A DNA stretch of 51,204 nucleotides from Flavobacteriaceae bacterium (GCA_030621915.1 JAUXGV010000001.1:1-51204), one strand, 5' to 3'; numbered from the stretch's first letter, positions 1 to 9,961 are shown. The notes: generated by a model from the letters alone, not told the origin. Numbers and translations are program-made.

Positions 1-22
1 AGCATACGAGGTATTAAATTGA

Positions 23-117
23 GTTTGCTATGCAAACATCCTAATTTTCCGACCCAAGGGTCGGGGAATTAAACCATATCTTCTCGTCCGCCGAAGCGAA
101 CGCGAAGGAGGATTAAA
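23..117. repeat. GC-rich REP/MITE-like hairpin cluster, probably the right end of an element cut by the window edge
   Basis: Hairpins GTTTGC-tat-GCAAAC (23-37) and AATTTTCCGACCC-aa-GGGTCGGGGAATT (43-70), then a GC-rich imperfect stem at 78-113, all in otherwise AT-rich DNA. Confidence 0.55.
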
Positions 118-155
118 TAGTTTTTTACCTAACTTAAACGAAAAAATCATTAATT

Positions 156-1772
156 ATGCCTAGAAAAGTTGAATTAGAAAAATATGGATTGAATGAAAAC
201 ATTGTTCATTACAACCTAGATCCGGATGAACTTCAGAGTATTACTGTTGAAAAAGGAATGGGTAGGGAAACATCTAATGGTACACTAGCAGTTAATACGG
301 GTAAATTCACAGGTAGATCTCCCCAGGATCGGTTTTTAGTAAAAGATGATTATACTGAGGATAGAGTTTGGTGGGGTAATGTTAACAAACCCATTTCACC
401 TGAAAATTTTGATTACCTGTATGACGAAATGGTAAATTATTTATCTGGCAAGGAATTGTATGTAAGAGATGGGTCTGTTTGTGCCGACCCCCAATATAAA
501 ATGAATGTTAGAACGATTACTGAACTACCATGGTCAAATATGTTTGTTTTTAATATGTTTTTACGTCCTGATTTGGAAGAATTGGAAAACTTTGAAGAAG
601 AATGGTTGGTTCTTTGTGCACCAGGCTATAATGCCGAAGCTAAAGTCGCAGGAACCCGTCAGAAAAATTTCTCCATTTTAAATTTTACAAGAAAAATTGC
701 TTTAGTTGGTGGTTCTGCATATACCGGAGAAATGAAAAAGGGTATTTTCTCAGCTTTAAATATGATTTTACCAACTGATAAAAATGTCTTGCCGATGCAC
801 TGTTCTGCCAATGTTGGAGAAGAAGGTGATACCGCTATATTTTTTGGACTTTCAGGTACCGGTAAAACTACATTATCAGCTGATCCCAATCGTAAATTGA
901 TCGGTGATGATGAGCATGGATGGACAGCTGAAAATACTATTTTTAATTTTGAAGGAGGGTGTTATGCTAAGGTAATTGATTTGACTGAAGATAATGAGCC
1001 TGATATTTATAGGGCAATCAAACCAGGAGCCTTATTAGAAAATGTGATTTTTAAAGAAGGATCGGACGAAGTTGATTACACGGATAGCTCAATTACTCAA
1101 AATACACGTGTGAGCTATCCAATTTATCACATAGATAATATTGCTCAACCTTCATTTGCAGATAATCCAAAGAACATATTCTTTTTAACCTGCGATGCTT
1201 TTGGTGTATTACCTCCCGTATCTAAATTAACTCCAGGTCAAGCTGCTTATCATTTTATATCGGGTTATACGGCAAAAGTGGCTGGTACAGAAGCTGGAAT
1301 TACTGCACCAGTTCCGTCTTTTTCAGCATGTTTTGGTTCTCCATTTATGCCTTTACACCCAACAGTATATGCTGAAATGTTAAGTAAAAAAATGCAGGAC
1401 GCCAAAGTAAATGTTTGGTTAATTAATACAGGGTGGAGTGGCGGTCCACATGGTACTGGTTCCCGTATTAAATTAAAATATACACGAGCGATGATTACAT
1501 CTATATTAAAAGGTGAATTGGATAATCTTGAATATGAACAACATCCAATCTTCGGATTATTTATGCCTACAAGTTGTCCGGGTGTACCAAAGGAGATACT
1601 GGATCCAATTAATACATGGGATCAAAAAGGGCTTTATGTAAGAAAATCAATTCAATTAGCTCATTCCTTCCACCTTAATTTTGAAAAATTTATGAATAAG
1701 GCATCTCAGGAAATAATGGAGGGGGGGCCACTTATTGACAATCATCATCATCATGGAGACGTTCATGGATAG
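156..1772 (+). CDS. pckA: Phosphoenolpyruvate carboxykinase (ATP)
   Basis: TGRSPQD, GEMKKGIF, MHCSAN, Walker A FFGLSGTGKTTLS, LIGDDEHGW and NFEGGCYAK motifs. Confidence 0.98.
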   Translation: MPRKVELEKYGLNENIVHYNLDPDELQSITVEKGMGRETSNGTLAVNTGKFTGRSPQDRFLVKDDYTEDRVWWGNVNKPISPENFDYLYDEMVNYLSGKELYVRDGSVCADPQYKMNVRTITELPWSNMFVFNMFLRPDLEELENFEEEWLVLCAPGYNAEAKVAGTRQKNFSILNFTRKIALVGGSAYTGEMKKGIFSALNMILPTDKNVLPMHCSANVGEEGDTAIFFGLSGTGKTTLSADPNRKLIGDDEHGWTAENTIFNFEGGCYAKVIDLTEDNEPDIYRAIKPGALLENVIFKEGSDEVDYTDSSITQNTRVSYPIYHIDNIAQPSFADNPKNIFFLTCDAFGVLPPVSKLTPGQAAYHFISGYTAKVAGTEAGITAPVPSFSACFGSPFMPLHPTVYAEMLSKKMQDAKVNVWLINTGWSGGPHGTGSRIKLKYTRAMITSILKGELDNLEYEQHPIFGLFMPTSCPGVPKEILDPINTWDQKGLYVRKSIQLAHSFHLNFEKFMNKASQEIMEGGPLIDNHHHHGDVHG

Positions 1773-1948
1773 CAAAAATAAATGAATCTATTTTAACTGA
1801 AATTTCAATAGGAATCTTTGTTTTATTTATTAAGTATTCTTCGAAATGAAAAATTTTAAATAATGTTGACCTTTTCGATTAAAAATCATTAAATTGTATA
1901 GATTTTAAATTACATAAAAAGAAAAAGTACATTATATCGTTCTTATTT

Positions 1949-2968
1949 TTGCTGTTAGCTATTACTCAATCCCCTCATTGTCAAACGAAAACATTTCAAA
2001 TAAGAACGATTTCTTTTTATAATGTAGAGAATCTATTCGATACTATAAACAACCCTGATACTTTTGATGATGACTTCACCAGAAAAGGGAAAAACCATTA
2101 TACTTCAAAAATCTATTGGAATAAAATAGAAAATATCGCCAAAGTAATTTCTCAAATTGGTTTTGACAAAACCAATTCAAGCCCTGCGATCATTGGGTTA
2201 GCAGAAATTGAAAATATTACTGTTTTACAGGATTTGATTAACTCCAATAATCTTAAAAATAAGCAATATAAAATCTTGCATTATGATTCTCCTGATCTTA
2301 GGGGTATTGATGTCGCACTTTTATATCAGGAAAAATATTTTACCCCTTTGCGTCATAAAAACTTTGAAGTTCGACTATGGGATGAAAAAGGAAATCGAAT
2401 TTACACCAGAGATCAGCTTCTTGTAACAGGTCTGCTAGATAATGATTTGATTCATATTGTAGTTAATCATTGGCCTTCAAGAAGAGGCGGTAAAATCAAA
2501 AGTGAGGCAAAAAGAGTAAAAGCTGCCTATGTAACTCATCAAATTATAGAGACTATTAGGAAAGAAAACAAAAATGCTAAAATCATCATTATGGGTGATT
2601 TTAATGATGATCCAATGGATTTGAGCATTAGAAAAGAATTAAGCTCTACGGGGAATTACGAAACTATGAATAATGATAAACTTTATAATCCTATGGAAAG
2701 CATGTTTAAACAAGGCTTAAATACCTTAGGTTATAGAGATGGAATCAACTTATTTGATCAAATACTATTGTCGTATGATTTATTAAACCATGATAAAACA
2801 TACGAGTCCTTTAAATTCTATAAAGCCGGTATATTTAATCCTCAGTATTTAATAACTCAAAAAGGACGCTATAAGGGATATCCGTTTAGAAGTTTCGCGT
2901 ATAACAATTATACAGAGGGTTATAGCGACCATTTTCCGGTTTATATTTATTTAATAAAAAATGAGTGA
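1949..2968 (+). CDS. Endonuclease/exonuclease/phosphatase family protein, probably secreted; start uncertain
   Basis: FYNVENLFD, GLAEIEN, NHWPSR, MGDFND, FDQI and YSDHFPV motifs of the EEP family. Confidence 0.92.
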   Translation: MLLAITQSPHCQTKTFQIRTISFYNVENLFDTINNPDTFDDDFTRKGKNHYTSKIYWNKIENIAKVISQIGFDKTNSSPAIIGLAEIENITVLQDLINSNNLKNKQYKILHYDSPDLRGIDVALLYQEKYFTPLRHKNFEVRLWDEKGNRIYTRDQLLVTGLLDNDLIHIVVNHWPSRRGGKIKSEAKRVKAAYVTHQIIETIRKENKNAKIIIMGDFNDDPMDLSIRKELSSTGNYETMNNDKLYNPMESMFKQGLNTLGYRDGINLFDQILLSYDLLNHDKTYESFKFYKAGIFNPQYLITQKGRYKGYPFRSFAYNNYTEGYSDHFPVYIYLIKNE

Positions 2969-2980
2969 TTCTACCTTAGG

Positions 2981-3013
2981 CTATGATAAAAATTGTGAGA
3001 TCTATGATAAAAA
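2981..3013 (+). promoter_or_regulatory. 12-bp direct repeat with 21-bp period, candidate transcription-factor site
   Basis: CTATGATAAAAA at 2981-2992 and at 3002-3013, upstream of the 3066 ORF. Confidence 0.4.
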
Positions 3014-3065
3014 ATCATAAAGGCATAATTTTTGATATCTTTAACGAATTCTCAATGGAATAAAT

Positions 3066-3890
3066 TTGAAAGTTTTATCATACATTTTTAGGGGTTGTTT
3101 TTTTGTTTTATTAATAGGTTGTTATTCTAGTTCATATGCTCAAAGTGATTGGGTTAATTATCTGGTTGAAAAAGAAAAGGGTGTGATGTCAATTCATGTT
3201 GATTTATCTTTAAATATTAGTAAGCCCCTCTACAAAAAACTTTTGATCGTTGGTACCAACTACAAAAAAGATTGCTTTAAAAACGGGTTTCCCAAAGAAA
3301 AAGGCTCAGAGAAATTATATCGCTTTTCGGATTCTGTTGCTACTACAATTAATAAATCGACAAAATACAAGCTGGCAGGAGTTTTAACATATAAATGTTA
3401 TGGTTTTGATGTTTACTATGTCAAGGATACACTAGATCTTCGAAAGAATATCAATGATATGATTGGCCGGAGTTTTGAAAGTGAGACGGATAATTATATC
3501 TTGATTCAGGACGATAATAAATGGACTTATTATTATAATATATTCCCAACCAATTGGCCCAATGATTTTTTCATTAACCATGAATATTTAATGAATCTGG
3601 TATCTCAAGGAGACGATTTAACCCAGGAAAGAACTGTTCATCATTGGATCAACTTTAAAAAAGAAAAAAGAAGGTTAAAATATGCTGATAAATTGAAAAA
3701 AATTGGTTTCACAATAGATTCCCTTAACTTCAAAAACAAAACTCCGTACCCTTTTGAATTACAGATTTCAAGAAAGGAATCTGTAGAGCCTGAATCAATT
3801 AATCACTTAACCAAATCTCTTAAGGCCTCTGCACTTTCTTACTTTGGCAAATATGATGGTTGGTCTACCGAAGCAATAGTTGAAGATTAA
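3066..3890 (+). CDS. DUF695-like protein with C-terminal RraB-like domain and N-terminal signal peptide
   Basis: NGFP, GDDLTQERTVHHWINF and terminal GKYDGWST patterns; hydrophobic N-terminus ending in SYAQ. Confidence 0.65.
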   Translation: MKVLSYIFRGCFFVLLIGCYSSSYAQSDWVNYLVEKEKGVMSIHVDLSLNISKPLYKKLLIVGTNYKKDCFKNGFPKEKGSEKLYRFSDSVATTINKSTKYKLAGVLTYKCYGFDVYYVKDTLDLRKNINDMIGRSFESETDNYILIQDDNKWTYYYNIFPTNWPNDFFINHEYLMNLVSQGDDLTQERTVHHWINFKKEKRRLKYADKLKKIGFTIDSLNFKNKTPYPFELQISRKESVEPESINHLTKSLKASALSYFGKYDGWSTEAIVED

Positions 3891-3988
3891 AAATATATTG
3901 GTTTATTATATTTGTGAATATCTCTCAGAAATAATCTCATTACGGTTAAATAATAATTGTTGGAATTCATTCAACTAAAATCAGTTCA

Positions 3989-5344
3989 TTAAAACAACAC
4001 ACTAACTACCTCCTCAATTTTTGAAACTCTTATTATTTCAATCTGATAATTTTTATTGGCTATTTTATTAAATTTGGATAAAACAATTTTTTCAAAGCCC
4101 AGTTTTTCAGCTTCAATAATTCTTTGTTCAATTCTATTTACCGCTCTTATTTCACCAGATAAACCTACTTCTGCCGCAAAACAAACATTTTGCGGGATAG
4201 ACTCTTCTTCATTTGAAGATAAAATTGCACTCACTACGGCCAAATCAATTGCCGGGTCCTCTACCTTAAGACCTCCGGCAATGTTTAAAAATACGTCTTT
4301 GGCTCCCAATCTAAATCCAGCACGTTTTTCTAAAACTGCCAAAAGCATATTCAACCTTTTGATATTATACCCTGTTGATGAACGTTGTGGAGTACCATAT
4401 ACAGCTGTACTCACCAAGGCCTGTACTTCTATCAACAATGGTCGCATACCTTCTAAGGATGCAGATATGGCTGTACCTGTTAGATCCGAATCCTTTTCTG
4501 AAATTAAAATTTCTGAAGGATTACTGACTTCTCGTAATCCAGTATTAAGCATTTCGTAAATACCCAATTCTGCCGTAGAGCCAAAACGATTTTTTTGGGC
4601 TCTTAAGATTCTATAAGTATGGTTTCTATCTCCTTCAAATTGCAAGACCACATCTACCATATGCTCCAATATTTTAGGACCTGCTATCGCTCCTTCTTTA
4701 GTAATATGACCGATTAATATTACGGGAGTATTGGTTTCTTTGGCAAACTTTATCAATTCCGCGGCAGTTTCTCTTATTTGAGAAATACTACCGGGTGATG
4801 CCTCAATATAGTCAGTATGTAAGGTTTGAATAGAATCAATTACCACTACATCCGGAAGAATACTTTCTATGGATTTAAAAATATTTTGAGTTTTTGTTTC
4901 GGTCAGGATCAAACAATCCTGATTATTTCCATCCAGCCTTTCCCCTCTTAACTTTATTTGCGACTGACTCTCTTCACCTGATACATACAATACTTTATTC
5001 TCCATCAACAGAGCTATCTGTAAAAGCAAGGTCGATTTGCCAATACCTGGCTCACCTCCCAATAAAATCACAGATCCTTTTACCAAACCACCGCCTAATA
5101 CTCTATTTAATTCATTATTATTTGTTGGGATTCTTTCTTCCGTACTAATGGAAATTTCCTGAATTTTTAAAGCTTTAACTGTCCTTTTAGTCGATCCAGT
5201 TTGTTTCCAATTTCTCTTTTCGTCTTTTTGAATAATCTCTTCAACAATGGTATTCCACTCATTGCATGAATTACATTTACCTACCCATTTTGGATATTGA
5301 GTGCCGCAATTCTGACAAAAAAATGTGGTTTTAGTTTTAGCCAT
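3989..5344 (-). CDS. radA: DNA repair protein RadA/Sms
   Basis: N-terminal C4 zinc finger, GGEPGIGKST, KNRFG motif and Lon-like C-terminus. Confidence 0.98.
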   Translation of the reverse strand: MAKTKTTFFCQNCGTQYPKWVGKCNSCNEWNTIVEEIIQKDEKRNWKQTGSTKRTVKALKIQEISISTEERIPTNNNELNRVLGGGLVKGSVILLGGEPGIGKSTLLLQIALLMENKVLYVSGEESQSQIKLRGERLDGNNQDCLILTETKTQNIFKSIESILPDVVVIDSIQTLHTDYIEASPGSISQIRETAAELIKFAKETNTPVILIGHITKEGAIAGPKILEHMVDVVLQFEGDRNHTYRILRAQKNRFGSTAELGIYEMLNTGLREVSNPSEILISEKDSDLTGTAISASLEGMRPLLIEVQALVSTAVYGTPQRSSTGYNIKRLNMLLAVLEKRAGFRLGAKDVFLNIAGGLKVEDPAIDLAVVSAILSSNEEESIPQNVCFAAEVGLSGEIRAVNRIEQRIIEAEKLGFEKIVLSKFNKIANKNYQIEIIRVSKIEEVVSVLF

Positions 5345-5475
5345 AAATGAATTAGATTATTTTCAATTAAACATTAAGGTATAAAATTACTTGGGTAGAT
5401 TTCAATCAAAAATATACTATTTCAGAGGTATAAACAAGCTATTTGGTTTCTTAAAATTAAACAATAATAGCTTAA

Positions 5476-5644
5476 ACCCGGATTATGCAATAGAAAATTT
5501 ATTACATCTTGAAGCCACTGCAAAATATACCACTTCACTACTTTTTGAAGTTTAACCATAACAATGCTATGCATAAACTACTAAAAAGTCATATTTTATT
5601 GTGGTTTCAACCCTCATTACAAAATTCTATTACATAATCCGGGT
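5476..5644. mobile_element. MITE-like non-autonomous element, 169 bp
   Basis: TIRs ACCCGGATTATGCAATAGAA (5476-5495) and TTCTATTACATAATCCGGGT (5625-5644) match at 19/20; TAA on both flanks; nested internal inverted repeats; no ORF. Confidence 0.75.
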
Positions 5645-5946
5645 TAAAAATCATAGAAAATAATGATATATCAAATTACTCCAAAGAATAATCCTTTTTC
5701 AAATGGAATTTACTTGACCATTGCAAAGACTAAAAAATTATTTTGGTTCGAGGATTTAATGAAATAGTACCTTGATTGGTAATATCCCCAGCGCCGCTTT
5801 AGATGGATTCTATAGAGTTATCACAAGTATTAAGAGTTTGAGCTTTAAGTCTAAATAATATATGACCTAAATAAAGTATAAAATTTGATGATATTAAGAG
5901 CACTTTTAAATGAATCTCAACAAAAATGAAAAGTTAATTGAATCAA

Positions 5947-6693
5947 TTAAAATTTAACCAATTTCAATTTTTTGCCGTCAAAAACGGCATAAGTGAAATA
6001 AGTAATCCAATCACCCGTATTTATATAAGTACTATTTTCTCCTACTTTGATTTCCATAGGTAAATGTCTATGTCCAAATAGAAAATAATCATAATGTTTG
6101 GTTTTTAATTTTCTTTTGGCATATTGAACTAACCATTCATTTTCTTCACCCAAAAATTTGATGTCTTCCTGTCCAGAAATAAGTTTGTTTTTTGTAGACA
6201 TATATTGTGCAAGCCTTACTCCAAGATCCGGATGCAACCATCGAAATAACCATTTTGAAAATGGGTTTGTGAATATTTTTTTCATTCTTTTATATCCTTT
6301 ATCTCCAGGCCCAAGACCATCACCATGTCCAATTAAAAAAGATTTATTACCAAATATAAATTCCTTGTGACTGTGATATACGGGAATATTCAATTCCTTT
6401 TCAAAATAATCATGCATCCATAAATCGTGATTTCCAACAAAAAAGTGAATCGGAATTCCGCTATCTTTTATTTCGCCCAATTTGCCCAATACCCTAACAA
6501 ATCCTTTGGGAACAACTTTCTTGTATTCGAACCAAAAATCAAACAAATCTCCTAATAGAAAAATTGCCTCAGCATCTTGTTTCACTATATCCAGCCATTG
6601 AATAAACTTTTTTTCACGCTCTAGACTTTTAGCATGAGAGGGAATTCCTAAATGTTGATCAGAAGCAAAATATATATTTTTTTGACTTGGCAT
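5947..6693 (-). CDS. lpxH: UDP-2,3-diacylglucosamine diphosphatase (LpxH family)
   Basis: Metallophosphoesterase motifs SDQHLG, GDLFDFW, GNHD, HGD and GHRH. Confidence 0.9.
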   Translation of the reverse strand: MPSQKNIYFASDQHLGIPSHAKSLEREKKFIQWLDIVKQDAEAIFLLGDLFDFWFEYKKVVPKGFVRVLGKLGEIKDSGIPIHFFVGNHDLWMHDYFEKELNIPVYHSHKEFIFGNKSFLIGHGDGLGPGDKGYKRMKKIFTNPFSKWLFRWLHPDLGVRLAQYMSTKNKLISGQEDIKFLGEENEWLVQYAKRKLKTKHYDYFLFGHRHLPMEIKVGENSTYINTGDWITYFTYAVFDGKKLKLVKF

Positions 6694-6716
6694 TAAATCT
6701 CTATTAACTCAATAAA

Positions 6717-7169
6717 CTATAATTGATCTTCGGCAAACCATTCAGCGTATGAGTTTGCTGTTTCATTTAATTTAAGCGAATGTAAGGAAACATTTTGAGG
6801 TAATTGTGATTTTATTCTTTCTGCAAAATCAAATAACATGTTTTCACTAGTAGGTTGATATGGCACTAGAACTACTTTGTGAGAATGTTTATCAATTGTT
6901 TTTGCAAGTTCCAAATGAGGAGAATTTTGATTTAATACAACCGCGTGATCAAAGGCATTTACAATTTGTGTTTTTACTATTTTCTTCAAATCCCCAAAAT
7001 CCAGAACCATGCCATTTTTTGAATTATTGATATCGTCAATGGGAGTTCCAATTACCGTTACGAACAAATGATAACTATGCCCATGAATGTTTTTGCATTT
7101 CCCATCGTACCCATATAGGGCATGCGCAGTTTCAAAATCGAAATGTTTGGTAATTCTAATTTTCTTCAT
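6717..7169 (-). CDS. queD: 6-carboxytetrahydropterin synthase (PTPS/QueD); start refined to MKKIRITK
   Basis: FETAH, CKNIHGHSY, GMVLDFG, DH and PTSEN motifs. Confidence 0.92.
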   Translation of the reverse strand: MKKIRITKHFDFETAHALYGYDGKCKNIHGHSYHLFVTVIGTPIDDINNSKNGMVLDFGDLKKIVKTQIVNAFDHAVVLNQNSPHLELAKTIDKHSHKVVLVPYQPTSENMLFDFAERIKSQLPQNVSLHSLKLNETANSYAEWFAEDQL

Positions 7170-7170
7170 T

Positions 7171-8364
7171 TTAAATAACTTTAAGTTCCTTTCCAACCTT
7201 AATAAATGCCGTTACCGCCTTATCAATATTTTCTTTACTATGGGCCGCACTCAATTGAACTCTTATTCTTGCTTTCTCCTTTGGAACTACGGGAAAGAAA
7301 AATCCAATTACATAAATCCCTTCTTCCAATAAAAGGTTTGCCATTTCCTGAGCCAATTTTGCATCATAAAGCATTACAGGTACAATGGCAGCATCTGCGC
7401 CCACCAAATCGAATCCTGCCGCTTCCATTTTTGACCGAAAATAATTCGTATTATTCTCTAATCTATCACGTAAAGAGGTGTCATTTTCAATCATGTCAAA
7501 AACCTTGATCGATGCCCCAACAATTGCGGGAGCTAATGAATTTGAAAACAAATATGGCCTTGATCTTTGGCGCAAGATTTCAATAATTTCTTTTTTTCCG
7601 GTTGTATATCCTCCCATAGCTCCACCTAATGCTTTTCCCAGAGTTCCGGTAACTATATCAACCCTTCCCATAACATTTTTTAGTTCTACAGTGCCTCTAC
7701 CCGTTTTACCTATAAATCCTGTGGCATGACATTCATCAACCATCACCATCGCATCATATTTATCTGCTAGATCACAGATTTTATCCAATTGTGCAACAAT
7801 ACCATCCATGGAAAAAACACCATCTGTTACAATAATTTTAAATCTGTGATTTTGTTTATTGCATTCTATCAATTGCCTCTCCAAATCGTCCATATCATTG
7901 TTTGCATAGCGATATCTTGAAGCTTTACACAAACGAACTCCATCTATTATTGAAGCGTGATTTAGAGAATCTGATATAATCGCATCTTCTTTGCCCAATA
8001 AAGGCTCAAAAACTCCCCCATTTGCATCAAAAGCTGCAGCATATAAAATTGTATCTTCAGTTTTGTAAAAGCTGGCTATTCTTCCTTCAAGTTCCTTATG
8101 AATATCCTGAGTACCGCAAATAAATCGCACAGATGACATTCCGTATCCATGGGTATCCATGGCATCTTTTGCGGCTTGTATTATTTCTGAATTATTTGAT
8201 AAGCCTAAATAATTATTGGCACAAAAATTAATTACTTCTTCTCCTGTAGAAATTTTTATAATCGCATCCTGTGAACTGGTTATAATGCGCTCACTTTTAT
8301 ACAAACCTGCATCGGTTATAGATTTTAATTCACTTAGCAAATACTCTTTTATATTTCCATACAT
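7171..8364 (-). CDS. kbl: Glycine C-acetyltransferase (2-amino-3-ketobutyrate CoA ligase); start refined to MYGNIKE
   Basis: [31 protein letters not shown] and PLP-lysine motif GTLGKALGG. Confidence 0.96.
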   Translation of the reverse strand: MYGNIKEYLLSELKSITDAGLYKSERIITSSQDAIIKISTGEEVINFCANNYLGLSNNSEIIQAAKDAMDTHGYGMSSVRFICGTQDIHKELEGRIASFYKTEDTILYAAAFDANGGVFEPLLGKEDAIISDSLNHASIIDGVRLCKASRYRYANNDMDDLERQLIECNKQNHRFKIIVTDGVFSMDGIVAQLDKICDLADKYDAMVMVDECHATGFIGKTGRGTVELKNVMGRVDIVTGTLGKALGGAMGGYTTGKKEIIEILRQRSRPYLFSNSLAPAIVGASIKVFDMIENDTSLRDRLENNTNYFRSKMEAAGFDLVGADAAIVPVMLYDAKLAQEMANLLLEEGIYVIGFFFPVVPKEKARIRVQLSAAHSKENIDKAVTAFIKVGKELKVI

Positions 8365-8476
8365 TTTAATAGAATTTGATTCCACAAAAGTAAGGAATTA
8401 TAGAATTAGATAATTGAGTCTTTCATTTTGTTTTTTATGCCCGCAAATGATTAATTTTGAATTTAAATTCAAATGG

Positions 8477-8833
8477 ATGCCAAGAGACCATAAACTTAAA
8501 CTAAAATGGGAAGAACTTCAGAATCATATTTCTGATAAGTTCGGAGGAGGAGAAAAAATGGATATTGATTCAATTACGTATTTAATTGGGGTTCAGGAGC
8601 TAGGAAAAGGGTTTCAAAAATTCAAAAAAGATGAAAAGATAAATATTATGCATATTGCCATTTGTACCTTATTAGAACCTTTTGGCTTTTATGAATTTGA
8701 ATATTTTGATGAAGATGGTTGGCCTCATTATAAAATAATTGATGAATTACCCTTTTTAAAACCTGGTGAGCAAAGTGTTTTAATGAAAGAGGCCATAGTT
8801 ATGTATTTTGAAAAAAAGGTTAGTTTCAATTAA
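8477..8833 (+). CDS. Conserved Bacteroidota hypothetical protein; probable start MPRDHK
   Basis: YLIGVQELG...KKDEK...HIAIC.LLEP.G.YE...DEDGWPH pattern. Confidence 0.75.
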   Translation: MPRDHKLKLKWEELQNHISDKFGGGEKMDIDSITYLIGVQELGKGFQKFKKDEKINIMHIAICTLLEPFGFYEFEYFDEDGWPHYKIIDELPFLKPGEQSVLMKEAIVMYFEKKVSFN

Positions 8834-8854
8834 ATTATTATAGAATACATATTA

Positions 8855-9961
8855 TTAAACGGCTTCAAATATTTTACCTGGTAAAGGTTTGGCAACGCCT
8901 TTTAATTCTAAATTCAATAATAAAGTTGCTGTTCTATGAATTGGATATTTGCAATGTAATGCTATTAAATCTAAATTTTGTTTACCTTCCTTAACTAAAA
9001 AATTATAGATGTTTTTTTCATGCTCATTCAGCTCGACAAACATTTGTTTTTGAATTGATTTATTTGATTTTTTATCTTCAATTTCCCAATTCAACATATA
9101 AACTAAATCCTTAGAAGAATTGATTAAAGCTGCTTGATTGGTTTTTATCAATTGATTGCAGCCCAAACTAAATTTATCACTAGTTCTGCCGGGGACTGCA
9201 AAAACATCTCGATTGTAGGAATTTGCAATACCTGCAGTAATTAAAGATCCTCCTTTCTCCGCAGATTCAATAACCAAGGTAGCTTCAGATAAGCCAGCAA
9301 CAATTCTATTTCTCTTTACAAAATTCTCCCTATCCGGATTAGTATTGGACCAATATTCGGTGAATAGCCCTCCGTTCTCACACATTTTTATGGCCTCCTT
9401 TTTATGAAGTTTGGGATATAAATCATCTAAGCCATGAGCCAAAACAGCGATAGTTTGTAAACCATTATTCATAGCCTGTTGATGTGCAAAAATATCAATT
9501 CCATAGGCAAGACCACTAACAATTACAGGATTGTATTCTTTAATTTCAGCGACAAACTTTTCTAAAAAAGATTTTCCATAATTGGTCATCATTCGGGTTC
9601 CAACAACGCTAATAATTTTTTTATTCTTCAAATCAATCCTGCCTTTCTGTAAAAGTAAAATAGGTGCATCAACACAATGTTTTAATTTATCTGGGTAATT
9701 TTTATCTAAAAAAGTTGTAGCCTGAATATTATTATTGTTAATAAACTCTAATTCTCTCTCCGCATTTTTAATAATAGATCTATTCTTTAATCCCCTAATT
9801 GTAAAGGTTCCAATACCAGGAATTTTTTCTAGGGTTTTAGTTTTTTCTTCGATAACAGCTTGAGCACTTCCACAATGAGCTATGAGCTTTTTCGCATTAA
9901 TATCTCCAATGCCTTCGGCCGATTGGAGCGCCAAATAATATAAAATATCTGAATTTTTCAT
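8855..9961 (-). CDS. dprA: DNA-processing protein DprA; probable start MKNSD
   Basis: VVGTR, VSGLAYGID, F.KRNRIVAGLS, VIES...GGSLITA and VFAVPG motifs; C-terminal winged helix. Confidence 0.97.
   Translation of the reverse strand: MKNSDILYYLALQSAEGIGDINAKKLIAHCGSAQAVIEEKTKTLEKIPGIGTFTIRGLKNRSIIKNAERELEFINNNNIQATTFLDKNYPDKLKHCVDAPILLLQKGRIDLKNKKIISVVGTRMMTNYGKSFLEKFVAEIKEYNPVIVSGLAYGIDIFAHQQAMNNGLQTIAVLAHGLDDLYPKLHKKEAIKMCENGGLFTEYWSNTNPDRENFVKRNRIVAGLSEATLVIESAEKGGSLITAGIANSYNRDVFAVPGRTSDKFSLGCNQLIKTNQAALINSSKDLVYMLNWEIEDKKSNKSIQKQMFVELNEHEKNIYNFLVKEGKQNLDLIALHCKYPIHRTATLLLNLELKGVAKPLPGKIFEAV

Noticed and set aside
5663-5767. 34-aa + strand ORF MIYQITPKNNPFSNGIYLTIAKTKKLFWFEDLMK
   Set aside because: Short ORF expected by chance in AT-rich DNA; its vague resemblance to a T9SS C-terminal motif is not supportable
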